Positions 49,008-63,049 of a DNA stretch of 64,000 bases are shown here, piece by piece. Both the position numbers and the translations under genes were made by a program. Below the pieces are notes generated by a model. It saw nothing but the letters and a program-made list of their open reading frames with translations, made no database searches and was not told the origin of the DNA. The stretch is from positions 193,642 to 257,641 of the forward strand of contig NMRA01000350.1 of assembly GCA_002633005.1 (NCBI GenBank), in the 5' to 3' direction. The first letter of the stretch is position 1. Each line of letters starts with the position of its first letter. Origin of the DNA: Phoronis australis (taxonomy: Eukaryota > Animalia > Phoronida).

Positions 49008-50949
49008 GTCGTTGCAGCGGCACCACGCGTATTAGTTTCCTAAACTAACCCATTACGTCTATTTTCGCCAAACCTGTCGTGATGTATTCAAGTTAACATC
49101 AACAAACATGTATTTGTGCTGAGCGTACACTTCTGACGCATTGGTCACTCGTGTTGCTAGAAGTATTCATGGGGCGGGTGAGTGGAATGACTAGAAGCAG
49201 TTTGCAAATATAAACGAGAAGGTAAAAAACACAAACTGGAACTTGGCGACAGGGGAGACGGTCTTTCTAGAATGAGCGGGTTTTTGAATGCCGTTGCACT
49301 CCTCCTGACAAAAATATTCACGGGAATTGTAATGAATATGTGTCAGAGAAACTGCTTGTTGCAATTTCCTAAAGAACGAATTCTCAGACTTTTGAATTTT
49401 TACGCTGGTGCGAAACTCGCCGAGTTAAAATCCACTGACAAGGTGAAGCTTATCTTCGGGCAAATAGTGTTAACGACGATTAAATGACATTTTCTGAGAC
49501 GATGTTATGACAAACAACGCAGAAACCAGAATGAATAAAAGACATGATTCAGGCCGTGAAGGAGAGAGGTGTGTCAGTAAGCCCACCATCAATTTTGTTG
49601 AAAATTAGGTGTGTTAACAAAGCAAATCGATATTTGTATAAAGAATGGTCTTTAATATTAATACATTTGAATACTTACAAAGGTGTGACAATTGTATTTT
49701 ATTTATTATTAAAGAATCTAATCGTGTGTGAAAGACCAAAAGATCTTAATGCATTGGTGAATATTTAATTGGGTTCATGTTAACAGTGTTCAATTAATAA
49801 AATGAAAAAAATCTTTGCTGTGTTCGTGGATATTATCATGTCGATAGTAGCTAGACAGACACAGAGACAACGGGAAGGACAAAGGGAAAGGCACTGAGAC
49901 AGAGAATAAGTTATCCAGTCAGACAGGCACCTAAACCTACAGACTGACAGACAGGTAGGTAGACGAGCAAACACGCAGTCGAATAAACCCATAGAATTAG
50001 GCACAGAAAAATAGGTACAGAAAGGTAGATGGGCTAGTCAGGAAAAAGACAAGTGTGGTCAAAATATGGTCTTACATAGACCCAGAATTCTATGGAATTC
50101 GTTTCTAAAATCGTTTTAAATGATCTCTTATAACCGCGCTAATAGAGCTGTGTACGTACCCTCAGGGATCAGGAGAAAGCATGGCATAAACCTCTCATTT
50201 CACGAGCCTATGAGTACATGTATACTTCTAGATAAAGAGATCCAACTTTTCAAAAGCGCCACGCACGTGAGCAGAAATCGCACGGTTGTAAATGTTCGTC
50301 ATTCTATCCAAGCCCACGAGCTATAGTTACATTTCAGCATGCTTTGATTGGTCGTGCTTGCGCTTTTGGTTAAAATTTGAGACAGTGATTTTCTGTTTCA
50401 ATGTACGTGACCCAAGACCTTTGCAAAATTAATATGAACTTTTTGGTGTTTTTATCAATTCCAGATAGTTTTACACAAACCAGATGGTTCTACCACAGGT
50501 TAGCAACAGCCCTAAATACAATGACTGAACAACATGAAAGTGACCTGAGAATTGAATCATAATTTTGACTCTCTCACTTCACCGGTATTGCACATTTTTC
50601 GTGTAGTTATTTGCATATCACAGTTAAGAATTAATTTCTGAAAAATCGGAGCAACTAGCAGTTATGCGTATATTTTCAGAGATCCTGTAACGTGTGAAGC
50701 AACATGTCAGTGATAGTCAAACTTGCCCGTTACTGTCGTTTAAGAGAAAAACAATCTAATTAGCGCCATTTCTTGCGTTACTCTGCGCCTTTTTGTANTT
50801 AGCAGTAATAAGGCTTAGCGCGACGACGTATTTTGATAAAAATTCCATATTTTACCAGTTGTTTACATGCAGACAGCCACGCATGCGCAATTTAATCACC
50901 ACTAGTACAGCAGCGACACCGCGAGGAGAATTCTCCGAATAGCCCCATT

Positions 50950-51430
50950 GTGTACATTACGCCGTTATTTATGCCGTTAATTACGCCGTAAAATTACGAG
51001 CGTAATTTAATTCTTTACGGAGTAAAATTACGCTCGTAATTTAGTTTAAACTATTAACCAATGACGTTCCAAGATCGCGCGCGCTCATGGAAATACTTAT
51101 TTACTGGCGGGTTTCATGTCTACGATACCAGCGCTGAATCACGGCGGATCAAATCGCTGCTGCCATGTCAGCGATTGTGCAAGAACGAGCTGCTCAGCAA
51201 CAGTCGTGTACGTTGGGTCATCACTGGTTGGTTTAAATTTGGAACGTTCTTAAGGTATTTTTCGAGCGTAATTTACGGCGACATTTACCCCATTTAATTT
51301 ACGGGCGTAATTTTACCGCAACACTTTTGCAATTTGACTTACGCTCGTAATTACGAGCGTAATTGTACGGCGACACTCCTGCAATTTAATTTACGCTCGT
51401 AATTACGAGCATAATTTTACGGCGACACTT
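50950..51430. repeat. Clustered TTACGCTCGTAA/TTACGAGCGTAA/ATTTTACGGCG motifs (also at 48200-48300)
   Basis: More than ten copies in both orientations, some forming local palindromes. Confidence 0.7.
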
Positions 51431-51458
51431 CCCCCTCAACGGCCCACCATAAGATACT

Positions 51459-52269
51459 AGAGAGGTATCGCAATGTGACGTGAACGTGAATTATGACGCA
51501 TTTATAATACCGCGTCATGCTGTATAAGGCATTGTTGGCTGTGACGTAATTCCGATGGTGTTTCAGTATTTTACGTGAATAGAGAGAGAGCTTTCGCAAA
51601 ACGACGTGAACGTGAATTATCACACATTTATATTACGCGTCAGAATATGCCACTGTTGGCTGTGACGTAATCCCGATAATGTTTGAGTATTTTACGCGAA
51701 TAGGGCGATTCGCCTCGCTTTAAATGCGAAACCTGTGACCCACTTTTAATTCTTATTTGGCAAGACATCGAAAAGATTTTTATTCTGTTCGGGTTCTCAA
51801 TCTCTATTATTTGCTCAGTATATTATGAGCAAGAATCGTTTGTCTATAAATGTTCTTAAAGTTTAGTTGCAAGAAAATACTTTTTTCAAAATCCATATTC
51901 TGCCTTGGTTCGATGGGTTTCTTCGAACTAGTATGGATTTCTATCAGATATAATGTTGTGTTATTAGTTTTTTTACATGCATCTATATATATTTTAAACT
52001 ACAAATAAATTTCGCAATCAAAGAGTTGACCATTTTTCACAAGAATTCGTAGAAGCGACTTTTCACATTCAACATGTATTTCTAACTAGAGGACATGCAC
52101 GACAATAACTATACACTCTGAGATCCGTTATTCAGTTCACGTTTACATTCACGTTCGCGTAAAATTTTTACTGTTGCGAAAACCCGTTATTGATACTGAA
52201 ACGTGAAACGCTATACACAGTTAAGTATGGGTCATAATTCACGTTCACGTCGCTTTGCAAAACAACTCT
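51459..52269. mobile_element. Harbinger-type MITE with tandemly duplicated left end
   Basis: agagag...gacgtgaacgtgaattat at about 51460 and 51585; inverted cataattcacgttcacgtcgctttgcaaaacaactct at about 52233-52269. Confidence 0.65.
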
Positions 52270-53527
52270 AATGGCAACTTTGCCGAAAAATAATTTGTTT
52301 CGAAATTCAGTCTGTTGGTAAAAATACTAAAAACGTATAAGGAAGTGAAATCAATTCTGATGATTCATTGAGAGCTGAACGCAACCTTTTAGAAGACGAG
52401 TCGATTAAAGAATAGACGAAAAAGAAATTGGCATTAGGTGACGCCCTATTTCATGACGCTGAAAACCGAGGCATCTTATCGATCCACAAATTTAACAGCA
52501 GGACAACGGTAAAACATATCTACATTACTTAGACAACACTGCACATTCTAATAACATTAATTTTAAGTCAAGTTATATTTCGTCATTTTTTACTCACATC
52601 GATCCACAGCTGTATATTTGTACAGCTTTTTTACCAAGGCTAATATGAACTCAACGTAAATGCGTATTATGCTTTTGTACGAGCCCAATACAAGCGCGAA
52701 TCTATTTTGTTGTGCTAGGGTATGTAACTGTTTACGCAGACTAGTGCTTGGTTCTCACTTGATGACCCGTAGCTACAAACTCGAGTGATTGCTCGAGATA
52801 TTGAGTTTAGAATCGAACTTATACCGATAATACTGGGATGATAAAAGGGATACCTTGGATTGGACAGGTAATCTCAGTATGCATGTACTATTGAGATTTT
52901 CCGCAGATAAGCTCATGTATTCGGAAAATGAAAATTCGCAAGAGTTTAGTAACACCACATAAACACCCGGTCATTTATTCGGAAAAATTAGGCTCTTAAA
53001 CAAAAACTCATCGTTTTGTTGACTTTGATATTTGCTACCTAAAGCAATGATTTTAAATTTTATATTAATAAATGCATAGTTCGTAAACACCTTTTCGTTT
53101 CTATAAGTGATAAATGCTCCACAAAACTGAACTTGTGACAAAAAGTTGACGCTGGGTGGACTTTTAAGAGGAAATTGTCCGAATAAACGCCGCACTATTT
53201 GGACACTTGACACCAGAAGCTGTAACACCAAATACACACCCATGAGCGTTTCATAGGGTGGGCATATCTACGGAAAATCCGGTGCAATGAACTCGAGCGC
53301 AATAGTAGAATGAATAATGCTAAAAATAATTCGATTTTGAGTACACAGATAAGACCATGAGCTCATAAACCTTTCAGATTCCCACCTATTATTTTTCAGG
53401 TTTACTTTTTAGGATGTACGATATTTGTATTTCAAACTGATGACTAAAAGCTAGTTGAACTCATGAAATAATTTTGTAATTAAGCATTGAATTAAAGTCA
53501 TTGCTGTTGCGTTTATGGGAGACCCTC

Positions 53528-54526
53528 TCATGCACATGCTTTCAAAGCCGTCTCCTTCTCCTGCATTAGTTCTTTGGTCGTAGCATCCATCTTTGCTCTT
53601 GAAAAGTCGTCAATCGGCAGCCCTTGCACAATAGTGTATTCCCCGCCCTTTATAGTTACTGGAAAGCTGTACATCAACCCTTCCGGTATGCCGTAAGAAC
53701 CGTCTGAAATCACTCCCATGGACACCCATTCTCCATCCGGCGTCCCGGAAAACCAATTCCGCATATGATCGCAAGTGGCCTTAGCAGCCGACATCGCGCT
53801 GGACTGCTTTCGCGCCTTGATAATCGCCGCTCCACGATCTTGCACTGTTTTTATGAACTCGGTATTCAACCAATGGTCGTTCTCTATGGCCTTTCTCACT
53901 GGAACTCTCTGACCTTTGACCTCCACTGTAGCATGGTTCACGTCTGGATACTGAGTCGAAGAGTGGTTCCCCCATATGATGACATTCTTCACAGCTCCTA
54001 CTCCAACACCCAATCTCGAAGCGATTTGGAACTTAGCCCGGCTGTGGTCTAGTCTTGTGAGACATGAAAAATTCTTCCTTGGAATCGAAGGGGCAAATTT
54101 GCTTGCCATCAACGAGTTGGTATTGGCGGGGTTGCCTACCACAACAACCTTGACCGTTTTCTTAGCAAACTGGTTGAGCGCCTCCCCTTGCTGTTTGAAA
54201 ATTTTCACATTGGCCGCCAAGAGATCTTTACGTTCCATCCCCTCTTTTCGTGGCATGGCGCCAACCATTATTGCCACGTCGATATCCTTGAAAGCATCGC
54301 CTACTTTATCTGTGGCTATGATCTTACCAAGATTAGGAAGATCGCAATCATTTAATTCCATTACTACGCCTTCAAGAATCCCTAGAGCTGGTGTTATATC
54401 AAGCAACACCAAAGTAATTTCCCTGTTTGCACCAAAAACATCTCCTTTTGCGATAGGAAACAATAAAGAGTATCCTATCTGACCTGCAGCTCCTGTTACC
54501 AAAACTTTGAGTGGTGACTCGTTCAT
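53528..54526 (-). CDS. MDH1: Cytosolic malate dehydrogenase, 332 aa, intronless ORF
   Basis: [17 protein letters not shown]-binding motif, [15 protein letters not shown] substrate loop, [29 protein letters not shown] catalytic His, SSAMSAAKA. The true ATG is at 54526; the ORF track start at 54532 is a GTG. Confidence 0.97.
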   Translation of the reverse strand: MNESPLKVLVTGAAGQIGYSLLFPIAKGDVFGANREITLVLLDITPALGILEGVVMELNDCDLPNLGKIIATDKVGDAFKDIDVAIMVGAMPRKEGMERKDLLAANVKIFKQQGEALNQFAKKTVKVVVVGNPANTNSLMASKFAPSIPRKNFSCLTRLDHSRAKFQIASRLGVGVGAVKNVIIWGNHSSTQYPDVNHATVEVKGQRVPVRKAIENDHWLNTEFIKTVQDRGAAIIKARKQSSAMSAAKATCDHMRNWFSGTPDGEWVSMGVISDGSYGIPEGLMYSFPVTIKGGEYTIVQGLPIDDFSRAKMDATTKELMQEKETALKACA

Positions 54527-57500
54527 TGTCACTTACGAATGGCTCTGGAAGTTTAAAGATGAAACGCGCACGTTTCGTTTGCGTGCGTATCGTGGATCAT
54601 TTCAGCACAGCATTTCTGCTACTTTCGTGTAAAATATTTGATCATTTAATTTTTAGACTTGAAGTATGTTAGAGATATTGAAAACGTTTGTAACCGGCAT
54701 ATCATGGCACACACACACGGATTCGCATCATGCAAAAATCAAATTTATCCAATGCGCAAATTTTCAATTTTTTTGCAACACAGCCCTGGCCAACTAGTTG
54801 CTTTACCTGTGCGTTTTTGTTGTTTTTATCGTTATTAGGAATATATTTGCGACAAGGGTATGCTCATTACGACCTTTTTTCTCATTATAATTATTTCTTC
54901 ATCTATTCCCATGGACCTATACAATTTTTACGATTTTTTGGGAGACGCTGTTTTGCTCGATTTACTAGCTTACAAAAACAAAATCGAGGGTGCAGGCTCA
55001 GGTAGGAAAAAACCGAGCAAGCGTTTGATTGACATTGAGCGTATCTTAACAACATTAAATAATCCACCAATATATGGAAAATACTACAGGAGTTTCAGGT
55101 TAATGCTATGGGAAAAACCTCTTGGAAATTTCAACAAAATCCGGAGGCTTGCCGGGGGATCTTGACGGAATTTTCAAAAGGTTTTGCCAGGTCATCAATA
55201 TGAGACGAGTTTGCTCGGCAGGGGGTTTCCAGGCAAAACAAAGAAAGAAAGGAACACGATTTGGAAGAGCAAAACTGATGCTTTTCAAACACCAGACCAT
55301 TGTTTTAGCATTTCTATCAAAATTTAACGGAGCATGCATGACAATTGAAACGTTCAACAGAACTAAACAGAAGACCTTCAATTGCAGCTTGAGGTAAATG
55401 AATAATGGAGAACAATTCTCTACAACCAAGCAAATTATTAATCAGTGGGTTTATTTGCAGACATTAGATTAATATGAACCGATATCACGCCTTACGGTTT
55501 CTCTCACCATTATAAAACTTTGATCATCTTTTGCGATGAAATTTGTAACAGAATATGGCGTAAACACAGCAGGGCTTCAGCGAGTAATGAGTTAAGCGTT
55601 AAAGTATTACTTTAAAAAAACGTGAGCAAGACGCTTATAATTCCTATCAGCACGCAAGGCTTAACCTACGCAGACTTAAAACGCATGTTACAGCGTAATC
55701 GTGAAATTTTAAAATTCCTTTCCACGATAACAATTGAATACAACCGTCACGTGTGGTTGATAAAAAACGGATTATCGTGGAAAAATTGACAGATCTTGTT
55801 AAAACCAATGGAACATAGTCACTAACACTCCGTTTTTCTCATCAACAACCTCGGCCTAAGGTCCACTCTTTGTACTTGAACCCAAATTCAAAAACATTTT
55901 AACATTTCCCGCTTTTAGTTTTGTTCGATTATAAGTGTCTATTATTCTGTTCTCTTTGGTTTTCTTAAATGACACTATAAACTTTCCTTGCACTTGATGA
56001 TCCCAGCTTCAAAGCAATAAGTTCGAGTCTGAACTCGAAATATCAAGTTTATAATCGAAATCTAAAATTCTTACTCGAATTTTAAGCTCTAATGTAGGGA
56101 TCATCTAACACAAACCAGACTAGACATTCACAAGCATAAACCATGACGCACACAACACAGAAAAATAGAACATAACATGTCAAAAATAATTTCTGATTCT
56201 ATGAGGAGTGCAAAGTTTATATTCCGGGTCATATTACGTGAATCGTCTGAGCTGGGACGGACATCGATATTCTATAAGGAAAGGGGAAAGCAGATACTTT
56301 GTGCGGTTGAGGAACCGGAAGTATACTTTGCTTTGCAGATCGTGGGCAGCGGCAGAATGTACATTGCTTAAAAATCGAGTTCTACAACAAAGTAGGGACC
56401 CGTTTCCTAAAACTGATTAAAAAGTTAAGACAGAAATGTGGTCTTGCGCTACCCCTTCCCAATTTGAAAATACAGGTTTAGCCAAGTAGTTATGAGGACA
56501 TCACGGTCTGGAAACAGTTTATAGAAATGATCAGTTAGTAACTAGCAGTTAGGCATATATTCTCAGAGAGTGCACCTTTGCTGAAGTGAGACTTAATATT
56601 TTTCAGAAATGTGCAGCATAAAACCAAATTCCTGCCTTTAGTCACTTTTTATGAAATGGGCAGGTGAAATGAACCCAAGAACGCAGCGCTAATAATTTGG
56701 TGATGCATGCGAGTTAACTTAAGTAGAAATTAAAGACAGTTTGTAGGAAAATTGTTGGTCACAGTTAGTGTACGCTCGATTGTAGGTTCACGTGGATATT
56801 TCTCGAATTTAATCACCGGTATTTGTGAATTCTTCGTAAACATTCAAATTACTTAAGTAAATGAGTGACTTCGACTCTAAAAAATATTGAATTTAATGCA
56901 ACTTCAGCAATATAAGAAGTTTGTGTTAATGTTCCGGTATTGGTGTGCTGGGAACTTCTGATTTTACAAAATCAAGCCGCAAGAAAAAAATTAAGGTTTA
57001 ATCAGTCAGCAAACGATATGATGGGTTGGTAGTTTCGCGAGGTAAGGAGAAAAAATGAGATTCTACATTTTAGAATATACGTTTAAATTTTGATACTTGA
57101 GTGACAGAAAGGATTTTTTTGTATAATTGAAATAGTTGCAAACGTAGCTGGTCATTAATAGAAAATGCGTAATAATATTGCCTGTTGATCTTAGCTCAGT
57201 GCATATAGAGGTACGCATTTTATGGCTGCAAAGTTGTTCAAATAAACCAAAATTACGTGCTTGAATTATTAGGAAAACAGAGTATAAGCTGCAAAAGTAT
57301 GCTACCATGTCCTTGTCATACTCAAAACGTTCAGCTTCTTTCTAGCTTTGGACTGGAACTGATTGCAGTTGGCAGATTCAGGAATTTACAAATTCAACGT
57401 ACATGTAGAAGAAAGACATTTTGTGTGACAAAACAAATCGTCCATGAAACGAGACTAGAATGTTATAATACAATGTAACGTTTTCACATATGTATGATTT

Positions 57501-60500
57501 CGTTGAAAACACGACTAAACTCCTTTCTTCAGGTGTGCAGCTATGTTAGTAAATTTGCAATTTCAGAGTTGGGCAATTATAAATTCTGAAATGTTACCTT
57601 GGGGGCATAGGATGGTTCTCACATGGTTTTGCTCATCAGAACACACGTCAATGGACTCGTAATCCTTTCTTCACTCTTCCAAAAACTGTATGCAAAGAAT
57701 AAAAAGTCATTTCGCATCATACGCCTCCAGATGAGCACCGAAAATTCATTCACAAAATCGGCACTATTCACCCCAAAGCTACCACCTCTGTCGATGCACC
57801 ACATAAACCAACTGCAACCTGCCTACATACTCCAAAATGTGGGCCAAAAGTACTGTCAAGCAACTTGTTTTTGCAAATCTGTCTTGAGGTATACTTGAAA
57901 TCACGGCCTTTTTCTCAGTCGCTACCCACAATGCCCAAGTGCAACAGGAGGCCCCCATATTGGAAACGTGGGCAGCTACAGCAGAGCAAGCTGTCTTTTT
58001 TCATTTTCAACATGATCAAATTTACAAACAAACCACATTCACTGCATTCATTACGCAAAACCTACCTCAAAACTGACCCCAAGGCTGGCCTACCCATAGA
58101 TCTTAATATTTTGGCATTGGAAACTGGCCACGGCTGCAGCCTGACTGTTCAGTTCCACCTTGAGTCACTGATGGTTTCGATGTTCTTGTAGGTAGCAGAA
58201 TTGGAATCCCATTCTAGTAGGTAGTATTAGGAGACCAATTTCGTGGGAGTGAAAAGCCTGATTCTATTATTGTTTTTAATCAGCTAAGCTTCAAAGTTAT
58301 GGAGAACCCTACAAAAAGGTCTAATTTTGGCTAGCTTCGTAGCATCATATAATATCCTAGAACTGATCGAGCGAATTCAGATAAAATTTTCAGATACTTT
58401 GCTTAGTGCATTGTTCTTTAAAACTCTATTTGGAATTATTTTTAAAATGTTCCACTGTTGCATTACGGTTGTTAGAACACTCTTATGTTTTTTATGAAAA
58501 AGATCACGCAAAACCAAAACGAAATGATAGCTTAGACAACTTAAATTTTTTGTGAGAGCTCATCTTGAATATTTACATTAAATGAAATTACCATATTATT
58601 GTTATCGTTGTTTTGCTATCAATGTGCTTTTCTTAATTTTTTCTAAAATTTATCAAAATATATTGTGACGTGACCCAATGAGTGAGAGATTGGTAAAAAT
58701 CAAATATCCAAATACTCATGTTTTCTACATTCAGTAAATATGTGATTTTACCGAGTTAAAATCTATAGTTTTGTAGGTACTTGCTTATTTTCTCTATGTA
58801 GTGACTTGTATGCACCCAAGGCTTGGTTTCGTAACAGAAAAATTGTGCATTATATTTGTATATTGTGGAATATGTCAATAAAAGCTACATAAGGTTGGTA
58901 GAGTTCGTGAGTAGTAATTTCTTTTTTCATAACCGATAAGAACATATTTGCACTTGACAGTTTTAGGCTCCTATCAGCAGCCATCTTCCGAAATTATTGG
59001 ACGCTAAGTGGCGTGGTGATCAGAGTGTTCCAAATTTTGGACAACTTACAATAACCTCCATCGTCCCTGTTCATGCATGACCCCTTTTCCTGACCTAGAT
59101 TGATTCTCCTATCCGTCTAGATCTTAGATTACTGTCTCGCGAAACTTTCAAGGGTAAACATGTTCTTAATGGTTGTGAAAAAATAAACTACTACTTAACA
59201 TGTCACTTTCCTAAATTATGTTAAAGGAATAGGTCCACCTACTGAAAACGTTGAACTCCTGCAGGAGTTCAAGACGTGTAATTACGTTAACAGCCTATTT
59301 GTAAATCACCAAAGCTCTGTTTCATTGATTTAGTAAAGAGTCCTTCTCTACGAAGGAAAGATTGGGTTCTCCCATGGAAGTTGTCGCTAAGACAGGTTGG
59401 TTTTCAAAGCCAATTCCCTACCAGAAGGTTTTGTGTCCGATTGAGGTCTCCACATGATCCAATACAAGCTATTAAATGTGACTTCTATGAAGTCACTCTA
59501 CAAGTCTGGGTACACTCTCAAAAATGAGGTACATCGCAGTTGTTCTGCTGTAGCCCCTCGCCAAAAGTAGTCGAGAATCTCTCGTGCCGTTTCGATTGTC
59601 TGTACAGTGTGCAGAATCGACAAAAACCGAAGCAACAAATATTTTACGAAGCTCTGATCTATGATTCCTTTAGAAAGCACGAAAATTCAAATGTTACCTG
59701 TGGTTAATACGGTGGAATTGTCATCCATAGAATAAACTTTGAGCTGGTGAAATTTGAAAGAGATTAAAGTCAACTGGAAATAATTATGATCTCGTTTTTT
59801 CGGTCAACCAGCCTATTATTTTCACAAAATGATCTGCAAGTGTAAAGAAACACTATAAAAGTCATAACAAGTATGTGCTTACGCAAAGGGGTTGCATCCA
59901 TGGGCCTACACTGCAACAGATAAAATCGTATACGAATAGATCAATTTCTCCAAAATACGAACTATTTCCCAAGGGCTCCCCTGGATAATAGAATCAACTC
60001 CATCAGTTCCACTCGTAAACGCGTAATCACGAACGTTAATCACCTTATTCTATCAGTGTCTTTGGAGGTGCTCTGTCTTTGGCCTAAATGCTGTCGATCA
60101 ATTGGGGGAGATCATCTTGAATTTGCTCAATTAGCTTAAAATGTTGATGGAAATAAGAAGCTTGTGAGCTTCAAGTGAATAGTCGCATTGTAGTGCACAG
60201 CTTTAGAGATGTGAGGCGCGGAGTGACCATCATTCCAGGTAGGCGGTAACGGTATATGAACATGTAACAGGTGACTCATAGAGACCACGGCGTAGACTGA
60301 CAAGTGACGATTTGTATGTAGAGCAGTACCCGAGATGAGGATTTAGCGCAGTAACTGTTGTTCTTGGTTACGGTTTATTTTATGGCAGTTGGCACGTTAA
60401 CCAACGCGCAGTGAGACCTTTGACAAAACGATCAAAACGGCTTATCCACTCATTGATTAGTTTCGCGTGTAGTTTCATACCTGAACACATGCACTGTAGG

Positions 60501-63049
60501 CAAACGACAGTTATGCTATTCTCTGGAGAGGGATGGGCGGTCAACGGTATCATTAACTTGTTATGTGTTATTTTGATAACACGTAAGGAATATACTTTCG
60601 AAAATTGTTTTCTATACCAATTATCTGAGCTTGAAAGGAACTGGCAATTGTTGATAGCGTGTTACCAATTTGACTTGTGGTTGAGGTGTCATTTTATTCT
60701 CCTTGTATGGTCTCAAGGAGTAACGTACCATGAGTTTTTTGCAAGACCTAGTACCACTTCTAACCTGGGCAAGGAACAATTTGACACCCATTCTGTAGTG
60801 GTAAATGATCTACCTAAACCAAAATTTGTTTTGTTCGACGAGGTTTTAATATCGCCTTAACTGTTTGTTTCTTTTAAGAAAGGGACAGCTGGAATTGGAT
60901 GCATTCGGAGTATGCAGTATGTAGACTGGTATTAAAATCTATAAAATATTAAATGATAATTTGGTAACAGTTTTACTCAGACGTTTAAACCGCAGTACAT
61001 ATAAAGGATATAGATGAGTCACCGAACATTTTGTTTTTGTGTATTGTTTGGAAACTAGCAAGCGTCCACGTGGGAGTTGGTTTTAATGAATCAGTACCAA
61101 CGACTACATGTACATTGGGTTCAAGCATTGCCCCAAGTAATGTAGTTCTACGAGGGAAATAGAACATATCTAATCAGAAGTCAGCAAAAGCTGCCAGGAG
61201 TAATCCCAAAATTTTTGACGTCAAACATCACGTGAGAGATTATAACCTCGATTCACATTACTTGAAATATTTCAAATTTTACACCGTTATGCATAGGAAG
61301 CAACGAACCATTGTCCAGTAATCTCATGTACGACAAGCCAAGCAAAAACTGCACGCCTTCCAAGTTTCTGCAAATTGTTTTTAGAAAATTTGTATAGTTT
61401 CAGCAAAAAAACTTTTTCGAGGATTCTAGAATGCACGACCACAAATACCTAAATGTGGGTTCCCGGGAAAAGCACGAAAAATTCGGGTGTATTTTGACTC
61501 TACTCTTAGTGTTTCACCGATTAAGAAACTTTCAAAATCAATGCGACCTAACGTGAATTCTGGCACATTTCAGCAAAACAAGGTAAACTAAGTTTGGAGA
61601 GACAAACTTGTTAAAAACAAGTGTACGGTTTACACTGTCAATTTTAGTACTTTGAAATTCGTGGAAATAACAGATAATGCTAAGAATGTTTTGTCCTCCT
61701 CAACACTGAAATTATGGCTCCGTCCTGTCCGCTATGGTGCAGTCAAGACTGAAGAAATTTAACTCCGACTTCAGTGAATTGGTTTCTTTTGTCCAAGTGT
61801 GAACCAGAACTTCACTATCGTTTGCATTGCAGGCGATGGCTGCTTTCTATAAACCGAATTTCTTGCGAGAAACTGTGAGATCGTGCACGTCTTCACGGGT
61901 TACTAGTTGCTGGGTCTCTGCCCAGATGGCGAGGCAACCACGTGTTTAAGCACGAAAAGCAGACTCGAGCTTATAACATTTTGCTACAGGGGCATTGCCT
62001 CAGAAATATACGTAAGTTTAAAATTCATTGCTCGAGACCACACACATAAATCTTGTTGCACAAGGTAAAAGCATACATATATACGCATGTGCAATGAGGG
62101 TGTGCCAGAAAGAGTCAACAGTTTTGAATAGCACATGCTTGGCGATAGTCAATCGGAAGAAGACCATCTGTAGTTTACAAGGGGACCGTGTAGTGGGAGA
62201 GTCTGTGCGATAAATAGCCATTCATTACACCGGAAAAACGTGCTTGCCCAAGCTTCACTCTCAGTTTCGTGCGCGTCCGGAACGCGGCATAGAATAAAAG
62301 TAGGATCCTGTGACGTAATCGTTTTTCATTTACGCTGGCTGTTCCTATTTAGAGTTAGTTCAAACATTACCTTCAGTTTAACTAAGCAAAATGTTTCACC
62401 ATAAGATATGAGCAGTTCGCAAATAACAGTTCCATGTGTATTTTCATTTAACTTCGACGGCTATTTTATCGTTGCATCATCATAAATCGTCAATCAAATA
62501 AAACTAAGAATACCTTTAATTAAATTTTTTACGAGAGATATTTCTTTAAGGGCAGATTTGATGCGAAACGGTATTACAAAGGGCCGCTAACCAAAAATTT
62601 TGAACCTGATTTGGTTTTTCATATAGCCCTACACACCGTGATTTTTGGAACTAACTACGTCCATCATCGGTTGAACTGGCGTCGGTGTCATGGTTGAGCT
62701 TTTGCCCAAATTATTTCACCACCTGTCTACCTGCATCTGTGGTAAAGAATTGTTCGCGCGTTTGTCTGAGGCGCTTCCAGGCCTCGACGCTCCAAGTAAA
62801 AAAAAAGATTAGACGAGCTGCACACAGGTACTTGGATAACTTTTAAAATAGGGCTAAAATATCGATAACCGGTTTTCGTCTTGGTCCAAGTAGAATTCAG
62901 CTACGTGAATAATCAAAGTCTCACACCAATTCCGTGGTCCGTGTTAGCGTGTTCCGCGGTTCAACTCTCTAATGCAAGATCACACGAATTTGGAAATACA
63001 CGTACGCCAGCAGCTTTCCTTGTTCGAAGATAGTAACCCAGTAAAGTAA

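Noticed and set aside
53513-53530. Stop-codon read-through peroxisomal extension as in vertebrate MDH1
   Set aside because: Context is TGA GAG rather than TGA CTA, and the extension would be EGLP-stop with no PTS1.
53765-54482. Plus-strand ORFs overlapping MDH1
   Set aside because: Antisense or alternative-frame shadows of the MDH1 ORF.
53528-54526. Bacterial contamination or horizontal transfer explanation for intronless MDH
   Set aside because: The sequence matches animal MDH1 motifs ([22 protein letters not shown]) and is embedded among repeats shared with the rest of the window. Not formally excluded without a phylogeny.
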